Assembly (NCBI GenBank): GCA_963662715.1
Contig: OY759724.1
Span: 1,380,001-1,412,000 of the forward strand
Direction of reading: 5' to 3'
Source of the DNA: Candidatus Omnitrophota bacterium
GTDB lineage: Bacteria; Omnitrophota; Gorgyraeia; Zapsychrales; JANLHA01
Length of the DNA: 32,000 nt
How positions within the stretch are numbered: position 1 is the first letter of the stretch; every line of letters starts with the position of its first letter. Positions 23,960-32,000 of the stretch are shown in pieces. The notes beneath the pieces were generated by a model, which saw only the letters and a list, made by a program, of their open reading frames with translations, had not been told where the DNA came from and ran no database searches. Both the position numbers and the translations under genes were made by a program.

Positions 23960-25747
23960 ATGAGAAACGAGTTTGTCGGGACAGTGAATTCTGTGTTCAA
24001 AAGGGGACACTTCTTTCGGAACTTTATTAAATTCAACAACATGGAGGGACCCGGTCCTGTGCGATATTCCCTGATTATTCTGTGTATCTCTTTTTGTCTT
24101 TTAGGGTGGTTGGCCGTCCACACATATTACATTAATGCCTGGCCTTCGGATTCCGCCGCGTCGTATATCCCCACGGCCGAACGCCTCTTTGATATGCCGT
24201 TTTTTTCGCACATGCATGATCTGCATTTGCACGGACTCAGCAAATTAAACATGAGAGGGAAGGAAGCTCTTGTGGTCGGCATTGCTTTTTTGCAAAGACT
24301 CTTAAGAGACACTAAAAGCCTGTACCCGAACGTTCTGCTCCTCATCATTTCTTCGGGCCTTTCCGCCTGGCTGTTTTTTCAGATATTCAAGCGGTTTTTC
24401 AATGATGCGGTCGGGTTTATGGCTTTTATCCTTTTTGCCTTCAGCTTTTGGCCGTATATGTATGTCATTTTTGGGGCGCATCAACCCCTGGTGTTGTGTC
24501 ATTTCTTGTTATCTTTCTTTTTTTTGCAATGTTCCGTGAAAAGACGTTTTTGTTTGTTCTTCGCCGGTTTGTTTTTTGGCCTGGTCTTTTTCTCTTCCCC
24601 CACGGCTATTATATACACGCCTTATTATTTTCTGCTTCTTTTATGCGGAAACATTGTCCCGCCGGTATCTGCCTGGAGCCTTAAGGAATTTTTGCGGAGC
24701 GGAGGGCTTTTCATGGCGGGCCTTTTCTGCGTTTTGCTGGCTTTTACTCTGCCGCACCCTGTTCACAGCATGAAGATGTTTATTATTTATGTCTTTTTAA
24801 GCCGGGGGAACAATCATTTTCAATATTACTCCGATTATCTGGTCCGGTTTTTTCCTGTCCCGCCGTTTCTCCGGGGCGGGGGATGGATATGGATATTTAA
24901 ATACTTTATGTTGATCATGCCGGTGATGTTCGCCGGATATGTCCTGAGCCTGATCTTTTTGTTGGTCCGTCCGGGACACACCCGAAAAACGTTTTTATTA
25001 ATCCTTTTAAGCCTGTCCACGCCTTTGCTGGTTGAAATTATTCAGGTCGCTCAATTCGGCCGTAATTATTTTTCCTGGTTTTTTGGCATGGTGTTTTTGA
25101 TCTGCGCGGCGGTCTACCGCTATGTCCAGATTCACGAACCTTTTGACTGGAGAAAACACAAGGTCTTCTGCTGTTTCCTGCTCACGCTTCTGGCGGCGCA
25201 TATCGGGTTCAATGCCCATGTTTTTCTGGGGGATGTCCTGCCCTCAAGAATGGCCACGACTTATGCGTACCAGTGGCTTAAAGACCACGACATAAAGGAG
25301 CTTTTGGTTTACCAGGACCATCACAGCAATACGTTTACGGCGGATGTGCTTAATAACCCCAAATCTGCCGGGAGAATTAAAATGTGGGGGATTCAATCCT
25401 TTCTGCAGGCTAAAGGCGGATACCTTCTTCTGCCCGGGACCAGCGGCACGACCATATGGAACGATTGCTCCAAAGACCGTTTTTCAGGCGATAAACCCCT
25501 GCAGGACATTATCCGGGCAGGGCTGCTGGACGCCTGCGCAGTGGCTTCTTTTAAGACAGTGGCTTCGAGTCCTTACTGGAATCAGGAAGAGGAAGTCTGT
25601 ACATATCGTGATCTTATGCTTCAGCAGATTTCCGGTCAGGACAGGCGGATGAGCCGTATTTATATTTTGGATGTCAGCCGGTTGCGGGACGTTTATTTTT
25701 CTCTTTCGGCTAAACAAACAGCTCAGGGGGTTCGGGATGAAAACTAA
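23960..25747 (+). CDS. Polytopic membrane protein, possibly a GT-C-fold (PMT/ArnT-like) glycosyltransferase
   Basis: 595 aa with more than 10 predicted TM helices and a soluble C-terminal domain. The first loop, AWPSDSAASYIPTAERLFD, loosely recalls the acidic D..Y..E loop of ArnT/PMT enzymes. The start is uncertain (ATG 23960 or 24041). The family call is tentative. Confidence 0.6.
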   Translation: MRNEFVGTVNSVFKRGHFFRNFIKFNNMEGPGPVRYSLIILCISFCLLGWLAVHTYYINAWPSDSAASYIPTAERLFDMPFFSHMHDLHLHGLSKLNMRGKEALVVGIAFLQRLLRDTKSLYPNVLLLIISSGLSAWLFFQIFKRFFNDAVGFMAFILFAFSFWPYMYVIFGAHQPLVLCHFLLSFFFLQCSVKRRFCLFFAGLFFGLVFFSSPTAIIYTPYYFLLLLCGNIVPPVSAWSLKEFLRSGGLFMAGLFCVLLAFTLPHPVHSMKMFIIYVFLSRGNNHFQYYSDYLVRFFPVPPFLRGGGWIWIFKYFMLIMPVMFAGYVLSLIFLLVRPGHTRKTFLLILLSLSTPLLVEIIQVAQFGRNYFSWFFGMVFLICAAVYRYVQIHEPFDWRKHKVFCCFLLTLLAAHIGFNAHVFLGDVLPSRMATTYAYQWLKDHDIKELLVYQDHHSNTFTADVLNNPKSAGRIKMWGIQSFLQAKGGYLLLPGTSGTTIWNDCSKDRFSGDKPLQDIIRAGLLDACAVASFKTVASSPYWNQEEEVCTYRDLMLQQISGQDRRMSRIYILDVSRLRDVYFSLSAKQTAQGVRDEN

Positions 25748-26381
25748 TGGCTCAAAAGGGCGCTGGTATTTGGAAGTGACCAGTGTCTGGTGCATGCTGA
25801 TTATTTTTACGTCTTTTCTGCATGACCGGGCTTTGGCCGGAGGGGCGGCCGTCATGAAGAAACAGCAGGGGCAGCAAATGATGCAACAGCAAAGGATGCA
25901 GCAGGAGATGATGCAGCAAAAAATGCTGCAGGAAAAGATGCAGATGGAGCAGCTGCGCCAGAAACAGAATGACCTGCTGGAAGAACAGCAGCGGACACAC
26001 GCGTTATCCGCCGAGCAGCTGGGCGTTCAGTCCGAAGTGACTTTTGAAGAAATCATCCATGATTTATCCCGGTCCAGCCGCGCCTGGCCGCTGATGATAG
26101 ACGTTGAAGCCAAAGAAGCCGTTGTGCAGTATTTTCTTAATGACTTTCAGAAAAAAGGGATTGCCGTGCAGAAGCCCGCATGGTACTATGTCACTCTTGT
26201 TGATTCCGCGGGAGAGCAGTCCCCGGATATGCTGGAACAGCCTCTTGACCGGGTGCTTCAGGTTTTGGCTGTTTTGGAATACGATTTTGATAACGGGCAA
26301 AATAAAGATCAAATGGCTTACCAGGTTTTAGGAAGCAAGGAAGCCGTCATTCATAACAGACAGCGGCTGGGCCTGCCGTGA
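25737..26381 (+). CDS. Secreted protein, paralogue B of the same uncharacterised C-terminal domain
   Basis: The start is set at ATG 25737, an 11-nt overlap with the preceding gene. It has a signal-like hydrophobic segment, a Gln/Met-rich low-complexity stretch (QQMMQQQRMQQEMMQQKMLQEKMQMEQL), and a C-terminal domain ending ..EYDFDNGQNKD..VLG...NRQRLGLP. Confidence 0.6.
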   Translation: MKTNGSKGRWYLEVTSVWCMLIIFTSFLHDRALAGGAAVMKKQQGQQMMQQQRMQQEMMQQKMLQEKMQMEQLRQKQNDLLEEQQRTHALSAEQLGVQSEVTFEEIIHDLSRSSRAWPLMIDVEAKEAVVQYFLNDFQKKGIAVQKPAWYYVTLVDSAGEQSPDMLEQPLDRVLQVLAVLEYDFDNGQNKDQMAYQVLGSKEAVIHNRQRLGLP

Positions 26382-26420
26382 CGGTGTGCGTGGCCAGGAT
26401 TATGTCGGACGAGGGACTGG

Positions 26421-27302
26421 ATGGAACAAGATATATTACGGACATTATTGAACATTGTGGAACAGGGCGGACGTTTGGCCCAGGACATGATCCAGAACAG
26501 CGAACCTTCTCTGAAGGCCGACCGTTCTGTGCTGACCAAGGCCGACCAGGCGGTCTCTGCTCTGACGAGAACGGCACTGCAGCCTTTTCTGGAAACAGGT
26601 TCTCATGTTTTGATTGACGAGGAAGACGTTAACAGCCAGGACCTGTTTCAGCAGGTCATGTCAGGCTCTTTTGAGTATGTCTGGTCCATTGACCCTATTG
26701 ACGGCACCAGGGCTTATTCCAACCGTATGCCTGTGTACGGCATTTCCCTGGGGGTGATGAAAGCCTCCCGTCCGTGGATGGGTGCTGTCTTTTTCCCTGC
26801 CCTGGAAGAGCTTTTTTACTGTGACGGGAAGGATTCTTTTTTTGTGGCAGGGGCGTTTTCCTCTCCTGCCGGCCCGCAGAAAATTGTGCCTCTGGATCAG
26901 ACGATCACGCCCCAGGCGATTTTTCTGGCTTCGGACCGTTTTATGCGGCGGTACCGCTGGGATCCCCAGGTCTGTCAAATGATGATGCCGACGGTTGCCG
27001 TTGTGGAGTTGTGCTGGCCGGCCATCGGCCGGGGCTGCGGGAGCTATTTTGAAGCCAACCTTTGGGATTATGCCGGGTCATGGCCTGTTTTCCGGTCTGC
27101 CGGGCTGGACCTCCGTTCCTGCCGAACCGGCAAGATTCTCGACCATCTTTGTCCTGATGCCTTTTGGGGAACAGGAGCGAAAACCTGGCGACTCAAAGAG
27201 GATTATATCCTTTCTTCGGCCAGAAATTATCCTATTATTAAAAAAAACATGCCGCCGTTTCCTTCTTGGCTGAAAAGCCTTTCCAAAGTTATGCCTTCCT
27301 GA
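26421..27302 (+). CDS. Inositol monophosphatase / CysQ-family phosphatase
   Basis: Family motifs are present: ..LIDEEDV.., WSIDPIDGT and NLWDYAGS. Confidence 0.8.
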   Translation: MEQDILRTLLNIVEQGGRLAQDMIQNSEPSLKADRSVLTKADQAVSALTRTALQPFLETGSHVLIDEEDVNSQDLFQQVMSGSFEYVWSIDPIDGTRAYSNRMPVYGISLGVMKASRPWMGAVFFPALEELFYCDGKDSFFVAGAFSSPAGPQKIVPLDQTITPQAIFLASDRFMRRYRWDPQVCQMMMPTVAVVELCWPAIGRGCGSYFEANLWDYAGSWPVFRSAGLDLRSCRTGKILDHLCPDAFWGTGAKTWRLKEDYILSSARNYPIIKKNMPPFPSWLKSLSKVMPS

Positions 27303-27443
27303 CTTTTTTATGAGTTGTCCCTGTGTTCCGGGGGCGGTAAAGAGATGGAAATATTTTATAATAATTAGTTTAACCGGGGTTTTTTATCGGCTATAATTCT
27401 GTTTCCCCGTCGATAAAAATTATCAGTTGAACGGGGATAACCC

Positions 27444-27471
27444 TTGACAAAAACCTTTAAAATGATATATT
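27444..27471 (+). promoter_or_regulatory. Sigma70-like promoter candidate for carAB
   Basis: TTGACA (27444-27449), a 16-nt spacer, then TATATT (27466-27471), preceded by TGA (extended -10-like). Confidence 0.45.
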
Positions 27472-27529
27472 GATGCAGGCCCCCGGGAAGGGGGTCTTGC
27501 CAAAGAATTCCCCGAAAACAGATTCGTAC

Positions 27530-28645
27530 ATGAAAGAAGCCATATTATATTTAGAAGATGGTACGAGCTTTATAGGTCGTTCGCTCGGCACCCATGGAGA
27601 AACTGCAGGAGAAGTGGTCTTTAATACCGCGATGACAGGGTATCAGGAGATTTTGACGGATCCTTCCTATGCCGGACAGATTGTCACGATGACCTATCCT
27701 TTGATCGGCAATTACGGTGTCAATGAAGAGGATGTTGAGTCCCGGGACGTTCATGTCAAAGGTTTTGTCGTGAAAGAATTTTGCCGGAGACACTCGAACT
27801 TCCGCGCCACTCAGAGCTTGACCGATTATTTGAACGAGCACCGGATTATTGCCATTGAAGGGATTGATACCCGTAAATTAACCCGGCATTTGCGCCTTTT
27901 CGGTGCCATGAAAGGGATGATATCGACTGAGGATTTTGATCCTCAGAGCCTTGCGGGAAAATTGTCCAAAATTCCCTCCATGACGGGGAGTGACTGGGTG
28001 CGGGAAGTGACAACCAAAGAGAAATATGTCTGGCCTGCGCCTCCGTCAGATACGCAAAGCCCGTCTTTTAAGGTCGCGGCGATAGATTGCGGAATAAAGT
28101 TCAATATCCTGCGTATCCTTTCCCGCCTGGGCTGTGAGGTGCATGTCTTTCCGGCCCATGCTTCTTATGAGGATATTAAAGAGGTTTGCCCGGACGGGCT
28201 TTTTCTGTCCAACGGCCCCGGAGACCCGGCGGCGCTGGACTATGTTATCCAGACCGTGAAGAAATTCCTGGGAGAATTGCCGATTTTTGGGATATGCCTG
28301 GGGCATCAGATTTTGGGCCTGGCTTTAGGCGGGCAGACGTATAAACTGAAATTCGGTCATCACGGGGCCAATCATCCGGTTAAGGATTTGCAGGACGGCC
28401 GGATAGGAATCACCTCGCAAAATCACGGATTTTGTGTTGATGTGAAGAGCCTTTCTCCGGATGACGTGGATATTATTGATATCAATTTGAATGATCAGAC
28501 GGTCGAAGGATTAAAACACAAAAAATATCCTTTGTATTCCATACAGCATCACCCTGAAGCCGCTCCCGGACCGCATGACGCCCAGTATCTGTTTCAGGAT
28601 TTTGTCGCGATGATGAAACAGCACAAGGAAGGACGAAAAGCTTAA
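27530..28645 (+). CDS. carA: Carbamoyl-phosphate synthase small (glutaminase) subunit
   Basis: The start is set at ATG 27530 ([20 protein letters not shown], the usual CarA N-terminus); the track start 27470 is an extension. It has the GATase triad motifs GICLGHQIL and [13 protein letters not shown]. Confidence 0.92.
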   Translation: MKEAILYLEDGTSFIGRSLGTHGETAGEVVFNTAMTGYQEILTDPSYAGQIVTMTYPLIGNYGVNEEDVESRDVHVKGFVVKEFCRRHSNFRATQSLTDYLNEHRIIAIEGIDTRKLTRHLRLFGAMKGMISTEDFDPQSLAGKLSKIPSMTGSDWVREVTTKEKYVWPAPPSDTQSPSFKVAAIDCGIKFNILRILSRLGCEVHVFPAHASYEDIKEVCPDGLFLSNGPGDPAALDYVIQTVKKFLGELPIFGICLGHQILGLALGGQTYKLKFGHHGANHPVKDLQDGRIGITSQNHGFCVDVKSLSPDDVDIIDINLNDQTVEGLKHKKYPLYSIQHHPEAAPGPHDAQYLFQDFVAMMKQHKEGRKA

Positions 28646-28650
28646 ATATT

Positions 28651-31600
28651 ATGCCAAAACGCACGGACATCAAAAAGATCCTTCTGCTCGGTTCAGGCCC
28701 TATTGTTATCGGGCAGGCCTGTGAATTTGACTATTCCGGTACGCAGGCTTGTAAAGCCTTGAAGGAAGAAGGTTTTGAGCTCGTCTTGGCGAATTCGAAT
28801 CCGGCAACGATTATGACCGATCCGGAAATCGCAGACCAGACGTATATCGAGCCTTTGACCCCTGAATATATCGAATACATTATCCAGGAAGAACGGCCTG
28901 ATGCTATCCTTCCGACATTGGGGGGGCAGACAGCCTTGAACATTGCGATGAAGCTTTGCGAAAACGGAGTTTTGGAAAAGTATAAAGTCAAGATGCTCGG
29001 GGCTGATTACGGCGTCATTAAAAAAGCCGAGGACAGGGAGGAGTTTAAGAAAGCTGTCTTAAAGATCGGGTTGGAAGTGCCTAGAAGCGCTTTTGCTTAT
29101 AATTTAAAAGAGGCCAAAGAGGCGGCTCAGGAGATCGGGTATCCGCTGATCATCCGTCCTTCTTATACTTTGGGCGGTACGGGCGGCGGGATCGCCCATA
29201 ACGACGAAGACTTTGAGCGCATAGCTTCTTTGGGAATTGAAAGCAGCATGATTCATGAAATCTTGATTGAAGAGTCGATCGAAGGATGGAAGGAATATGA
29301 GCTTGAGGTGATGCGGGACAACAAGGATAATGTTGTTATCATTTGTTCGATTGAAAACCTTGATGCCATGGGCGTGCATACCGGGGACAGCATTACCGTG
29401 GCGCCGGCGCAGACATTAACAGACCAGGAGTATCAGCTTATGCGGAACGCTTCCCTGGCCCTGATAAGGGAAATCGGGGTAGAGACGGGAGGGTCTAACA
29501 TCCAGTTTGCGGTTGATCCTGTTAACGGCCGGATGGTTGTCATAGAAATGAATCCCCGGGTCTCCCGCAGCTCGGCTTTAGCCAGTAAGGCGACAGGTTT
29601 TCCTATTGCCAAATTTGCCGCCAAGCTGGCTGTCGGCTATTCCCTGGATGAAATCCAGAACGACATTACCAGAGAAACGCCGGCTTCCTTTGAGCCGACC
29701 ATCGATTATTGTGTTGTCAAAGCGCCCCGTTTTACGTTTGAAAAATTCCCGGAGGCCCAGGATATCCTCGGTGTACAGATGAAATCCGTCGGGGAAACTA
29801 TGGCGATCGGCCGGACGTTTAAGGAGGCTTTGCAGAAAGCGTTAAGAGGTCTTGAGATCGGGCATGCGGGGCTGGACAATAAATGGAATTATCAGGATAT
29901 CCCCGATGAGAAGATTCAATTGCGCCTCAAAGAGCCGAATGCTTCGAGAATTTTTTATATTAAATATGCCCTGCAGAAAGGGATGAGCGTAGAACGGATT
30001 TCTGAAATCAGCCTGATCGACCCGTGGTTTATTGATCACATAGCGCAGATTTGGGAACTGGAACAGGAATTGATTCGGGTGGCCCGGTCCGGAGAGGCGT
30101 TTTCTGAACAGCTGTTCAGAAAAGCCAAGGAATACGGGTTCAGTGATCCCCAGCTGGCTCAAATTATGGGGATCAGCGAAGAAGCCGTGCGTCAACAGCG
30201 TAAGGACAAGGGCATCGTAGCCACCTTTAAGCAGGTCGATACCTGCGCCGCGGAATTTGAGGCTTATACCCCCTACTATTATTCCACGTATGAACTGGAA
30301 GACGAATCCATTATTGAGAACCGGAAGTTAACGGAAGCGGCTTCTGCCCCAAGAAAGAAAATTGTTATTCTGGGCGGGGGGCCGAACCGTATCGGCCAGG
30401 GGATTGAATTTGACTATTGCTGCTGCCACGCGGCCTTTGCTTTGGAAGACCTCGGTTATGAAACGATTATGGTCAACTCCAACCCGGAAACCGTTTCCAC
30501 GGACTACGACACATCAGACCGGCTGTACTTTGAACCGTTGACATTTGAAGATGTCATGAATATTATCGACGTGGAGCAGCCGGAAGGCGTGATTGTCCAG
30601 TACGGGGGGCAGACCCCTTTGAATCTCGCCGACCGCCTGCAGGAAGCCGGAGTCCCGATTATCGGAACAACGGTCAAATCGATCGACCTTGCGGAAAACC
30701 GGGAACTGTTCGCGAGGTTTATTTCCCATCTTCACATTGCCCAGCCATCCAATGCTTCGGCCACATCCGTAGAGGAGGCTGTCCAGTATGCCCGGCAGAT
30801 CGGCTATCCTGTTCTGGCCCGCCCTTCCTATGTTCTGGGCGGCCGGGCTATGCGTATCGTTTACGATGAGGCCTCTTTATTGTCTTTCATTCGTGAGGCG
30901 GAAGAGGTTTCTCAGGGAAAGCCCATCCTTATCGATAAATTTGTGGAAGATGCCATTGAAGTGGACGTTGACGCTATATCCGACGGGGAGCAAACGTATG
31001 TCGCGGGGATTATGGAGCATATTGAGAACGCGGGTATTCATTCGGGGGATTCCGCATGCGTTCTTCCTCCTCACACGATAGGGGAACATATTATTTCGCA
31101 GATCAGACAGTATACGTGTCAGATCGCCCAGGGATTGAAGGTTGTGGGCCTTTTAAATATTCAGTTTGCCGTTAAGGGGAGCAAGATTTATGTCCTGGAG
31201 GTCAACCCCCGGGCTTCGCGTACGGTTCCTTTTGTCAGCAAGACAACGGGGATTCCTTGCGCCAAAATTGCCGCCCAAATTATGGCCGGGAAAAAGATTA
31301 AAGATTTTTCGCTTCCGCAGGAATTGGAATTGCCGCATTTTTCTGTTAAGGAATCTGTACTGCCGTTTTCCCGCTTCTCCGGCGTAGACATTGTTTTGGG
31401 CCCGGAAATGAAATCGACCGGCGAGGTCATGGGTATCGCCATGAACTTTGGAGAAGCTTTTGCCAAATCCCAATTCTGTGCGAACCAAATATTGCCTAAA
31501 ACCGGAACCGTTTTTGTCAGCGTTAAGGACGAGGATAAACGGGCGATTGTTTTTCTGGCGAAAAAACTGCAGGATTTGAAATTCGGTCTGGTGGCCACGC

Positions 31601-31920
31601 AGGGAACCGCCAAAGTTTTAAGGTCCAATGGTGTGGCGGTTGACGTGGTCGGGAAATATGCGGAAGGCGAAAACACATTGCTTAATATGATAAAAGAGAA
31701 TAAAATTCATTTAGTCATTAATACGCCGAGCGGTCAGACAAGCCAGTCTGATATGAGAAAAATCAGGGCTTCAGCCATTCTTTATAATATTCCGTGCATT
31801 ACAACGCTGCAGGGAGCCTGGGCAGCGGTGAACGGCATGGAAGATATGCTGAAGCGGTCGTTTTCAGTTAAGTCTTTGCAGAATTATTACCGGAATATGC
31901 AGCACTCCTGTTCTGTCTGA
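28651..31920 (+). CDS. carB: Carbamoyl-phosphate synthase large subunit
   Basis: 1089 aa with the [30 protein letters not shown] start, a duplicated ATP-grasp half (..[19 protein letters not shown]..), and a C-terminal MGS-like domain. Confidence 0.97.
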   Translation: MPKRTDIKKILLLGSGPIVIGQACEFDYSGTQACKALKEEGFELVLANSNPATIMTDPEIADQTYIEPLTPEYIEYIIQEERPDAILPTLGGQTALNIAMKLCENGVLEKYKVKMLGADYGVIKKAEDREEFKKAVLKIGLEVPRSAFAYNLKEAKEAAQEIGYPLIIRPSYTLGGTGGGIAHNDEDFERIASLGIESSMIHEILIEESIEGWKEYELEVMRDNKDNVVIICSIENLDAMGVHTGDSITVAPAQTLTDQEYQLMRNASLALIREIGVETGGSNIQFAVDPVNGRMVVIEMNPRVSRSSALASKATGFPIAKFAAKLAVGYSLDEIQNDITRETPASFEPTIDYCVVKAPRFTFEKFPEAQDILGVQMKSVGETMAIGRTFKEALQKALRGLEIGHAGLDNKWNYQDIPDEKIQLRLKEPNASRIFYIKYALQKGMSVERISEISLIDPWFIDHIAQIWELEQELIRVARSGEAFSEQLFRKAKEYGFSDPQLAQIMGISEEAVRQQRKDKGIVATFKQVDTCAAEFEAYTPYYYSTYELEDESIIENRKLTEAASAPRKKIVILGGGPNRIGQGIEFDYCCCHAAFALEDLGYETIMVNSNPETVSTDYDTSDRLYFEPLTFEDVMNIIDVEQPEGVIVQYGGQTPLNLADRLQEAGVPIIGTTVKSIDLAENRELFARFISHLHIAQPSNASATSVEEAVQYARQIGYPVLARPSYVLGGRAMRIVYDEASLLSFIREAEEVSQGKPILIDKFVEDAIEVDVDAISDGEQTYVAGIMEHIENAGIHSGDSACVLPPHTIGEHIISQIRQYTCQIAQGLKVVGLLNIQFAVKGSKIYVLEVNPRASRTVPFVSKTTGIPCAKIAAQIMAGKKIKDFSLPQELELPHFSVKESVLPFSRFSGVDIVLGPEMKSTGEVMGIAMNFGEAFAKSQFCANQILPKTGTVFVSVKDEDKRAIVFLAKKLQDLKFGLVATQGTAKVLRSNGVAVDVVGKYAEGENTLLNMIKENKIHLVINTPSGQTSQSDMRKIRASAILYNIPCITTLQGAWAAVNGMEDMLKRSFSVKSLQNYYRNMQHSCSV

Positions 31921-31944
31921 TATCGAAAATAAGGAGAGGCCATC

Positions 31945-32000
31945 GTGTGTGGGATCATTGGTATTGCCAACCATGAGCAAGCGGCAAGAGTTGCTTTCCT
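31945..32000 (+). CDS. purF: Amidophosphoribosyltransferase, first 18 codons (runs off the right window edge)
   Basis: GTG 31945 lies 6 nt after AAGGAGAGG. The translation (M)CGIIGIANHEQAARVAF matches the Ntn Cys-start typical of PurF. Only 56 nt are visible, so the call rests on the N-terminal motif. Confidence 0.65.
   Translation, partial: MCGIIGIANHEQAARVAF

Noticed and set aside
26031-26043. GGGC-GTTCA-GTCC inside the paralogue B gene
   Set aside because: The loop is 5 nt, not 6. It lies inside a coding region and has no terminator nearby, so I did not count it as a sixth copy of the leader motif.
1-32000. Search for CRISPR arrays, tRNA/rRNA genes, IS elements, integrases, toxin-antitoxin or defence-type genes
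   Set aside because: I found no regularly spaced direct repeats, no T-loop/anticodon-arm signatures in intergenic regions, no transposase- or recombinase-like translations, and no terminal inverted repeats with target duplications. The window reads as core metabolism plus envelope genes.

Overview
All convincing genes in this 32-kb window are on the + strand. There is one possible small minus-strand ORF. The content looks like core chromosome of a diderm bacterium (Lnt, and a beta-barrel OMP ending in Phe). From left to right the window holds: (1) the 3' part of a polytopic membrane protein and a small membrane protein; (2) a nitrogen-assimilation supercluster made of a GAF-GAF-ANTAR regulator, a TorF/Gcw_chp-like porin-amt-glnK operon, a second amt-glnK pair, type III glutamine synthetase (glnN), a class I glutamine amidotransferase, glutamine-dependent NAD+ synthetase, and glutamate synthase gltB-gltD; (3) an envelope block with a TPR lipoprotein, a secreted coiled-coil protein, a cupin, lnt, and two paralogous secreted proteins flanking a GT-C-like membrane protein; (4) an inositol-monophosphatase-family protein, carA-carB and the first codons of purF. 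I saw no rRNA, tRNA, CRISPR array, transposase, integrase or phage-like gene.

The most interesting signal is non-coding. A hairpin of fixed sequence, GGGC-NNNGNN-GUCC, occurs five times, and by eye only in the two leaders upstream of the two amt operons. Four of the five copies overlap the 5' arm of a strong intrinsic terminator. In both leaders the first copy is preceded by a second hexaloop hairpin with A at loop position 1 and G at position 4. Next to a one-component GAF-GAF-ANTAR gene, this looks like an ANTAR-controlled tandem-attenuator system for ammonium uptake.

Secondary observations:
- Both PII proteins have His instead of Tyr at T-loop position 51.
- Several unannotated small ORFs have good translation signals inside the amt/glnK/glnN region.
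- There are long perfect inverted repeats in intergenic RNA.
- An uncharacterised secreted-domain pair is translationally coupled to lnt and to the GT-C-like protein.

Everything here is from reading the sequence. No searches or folding programs were run.
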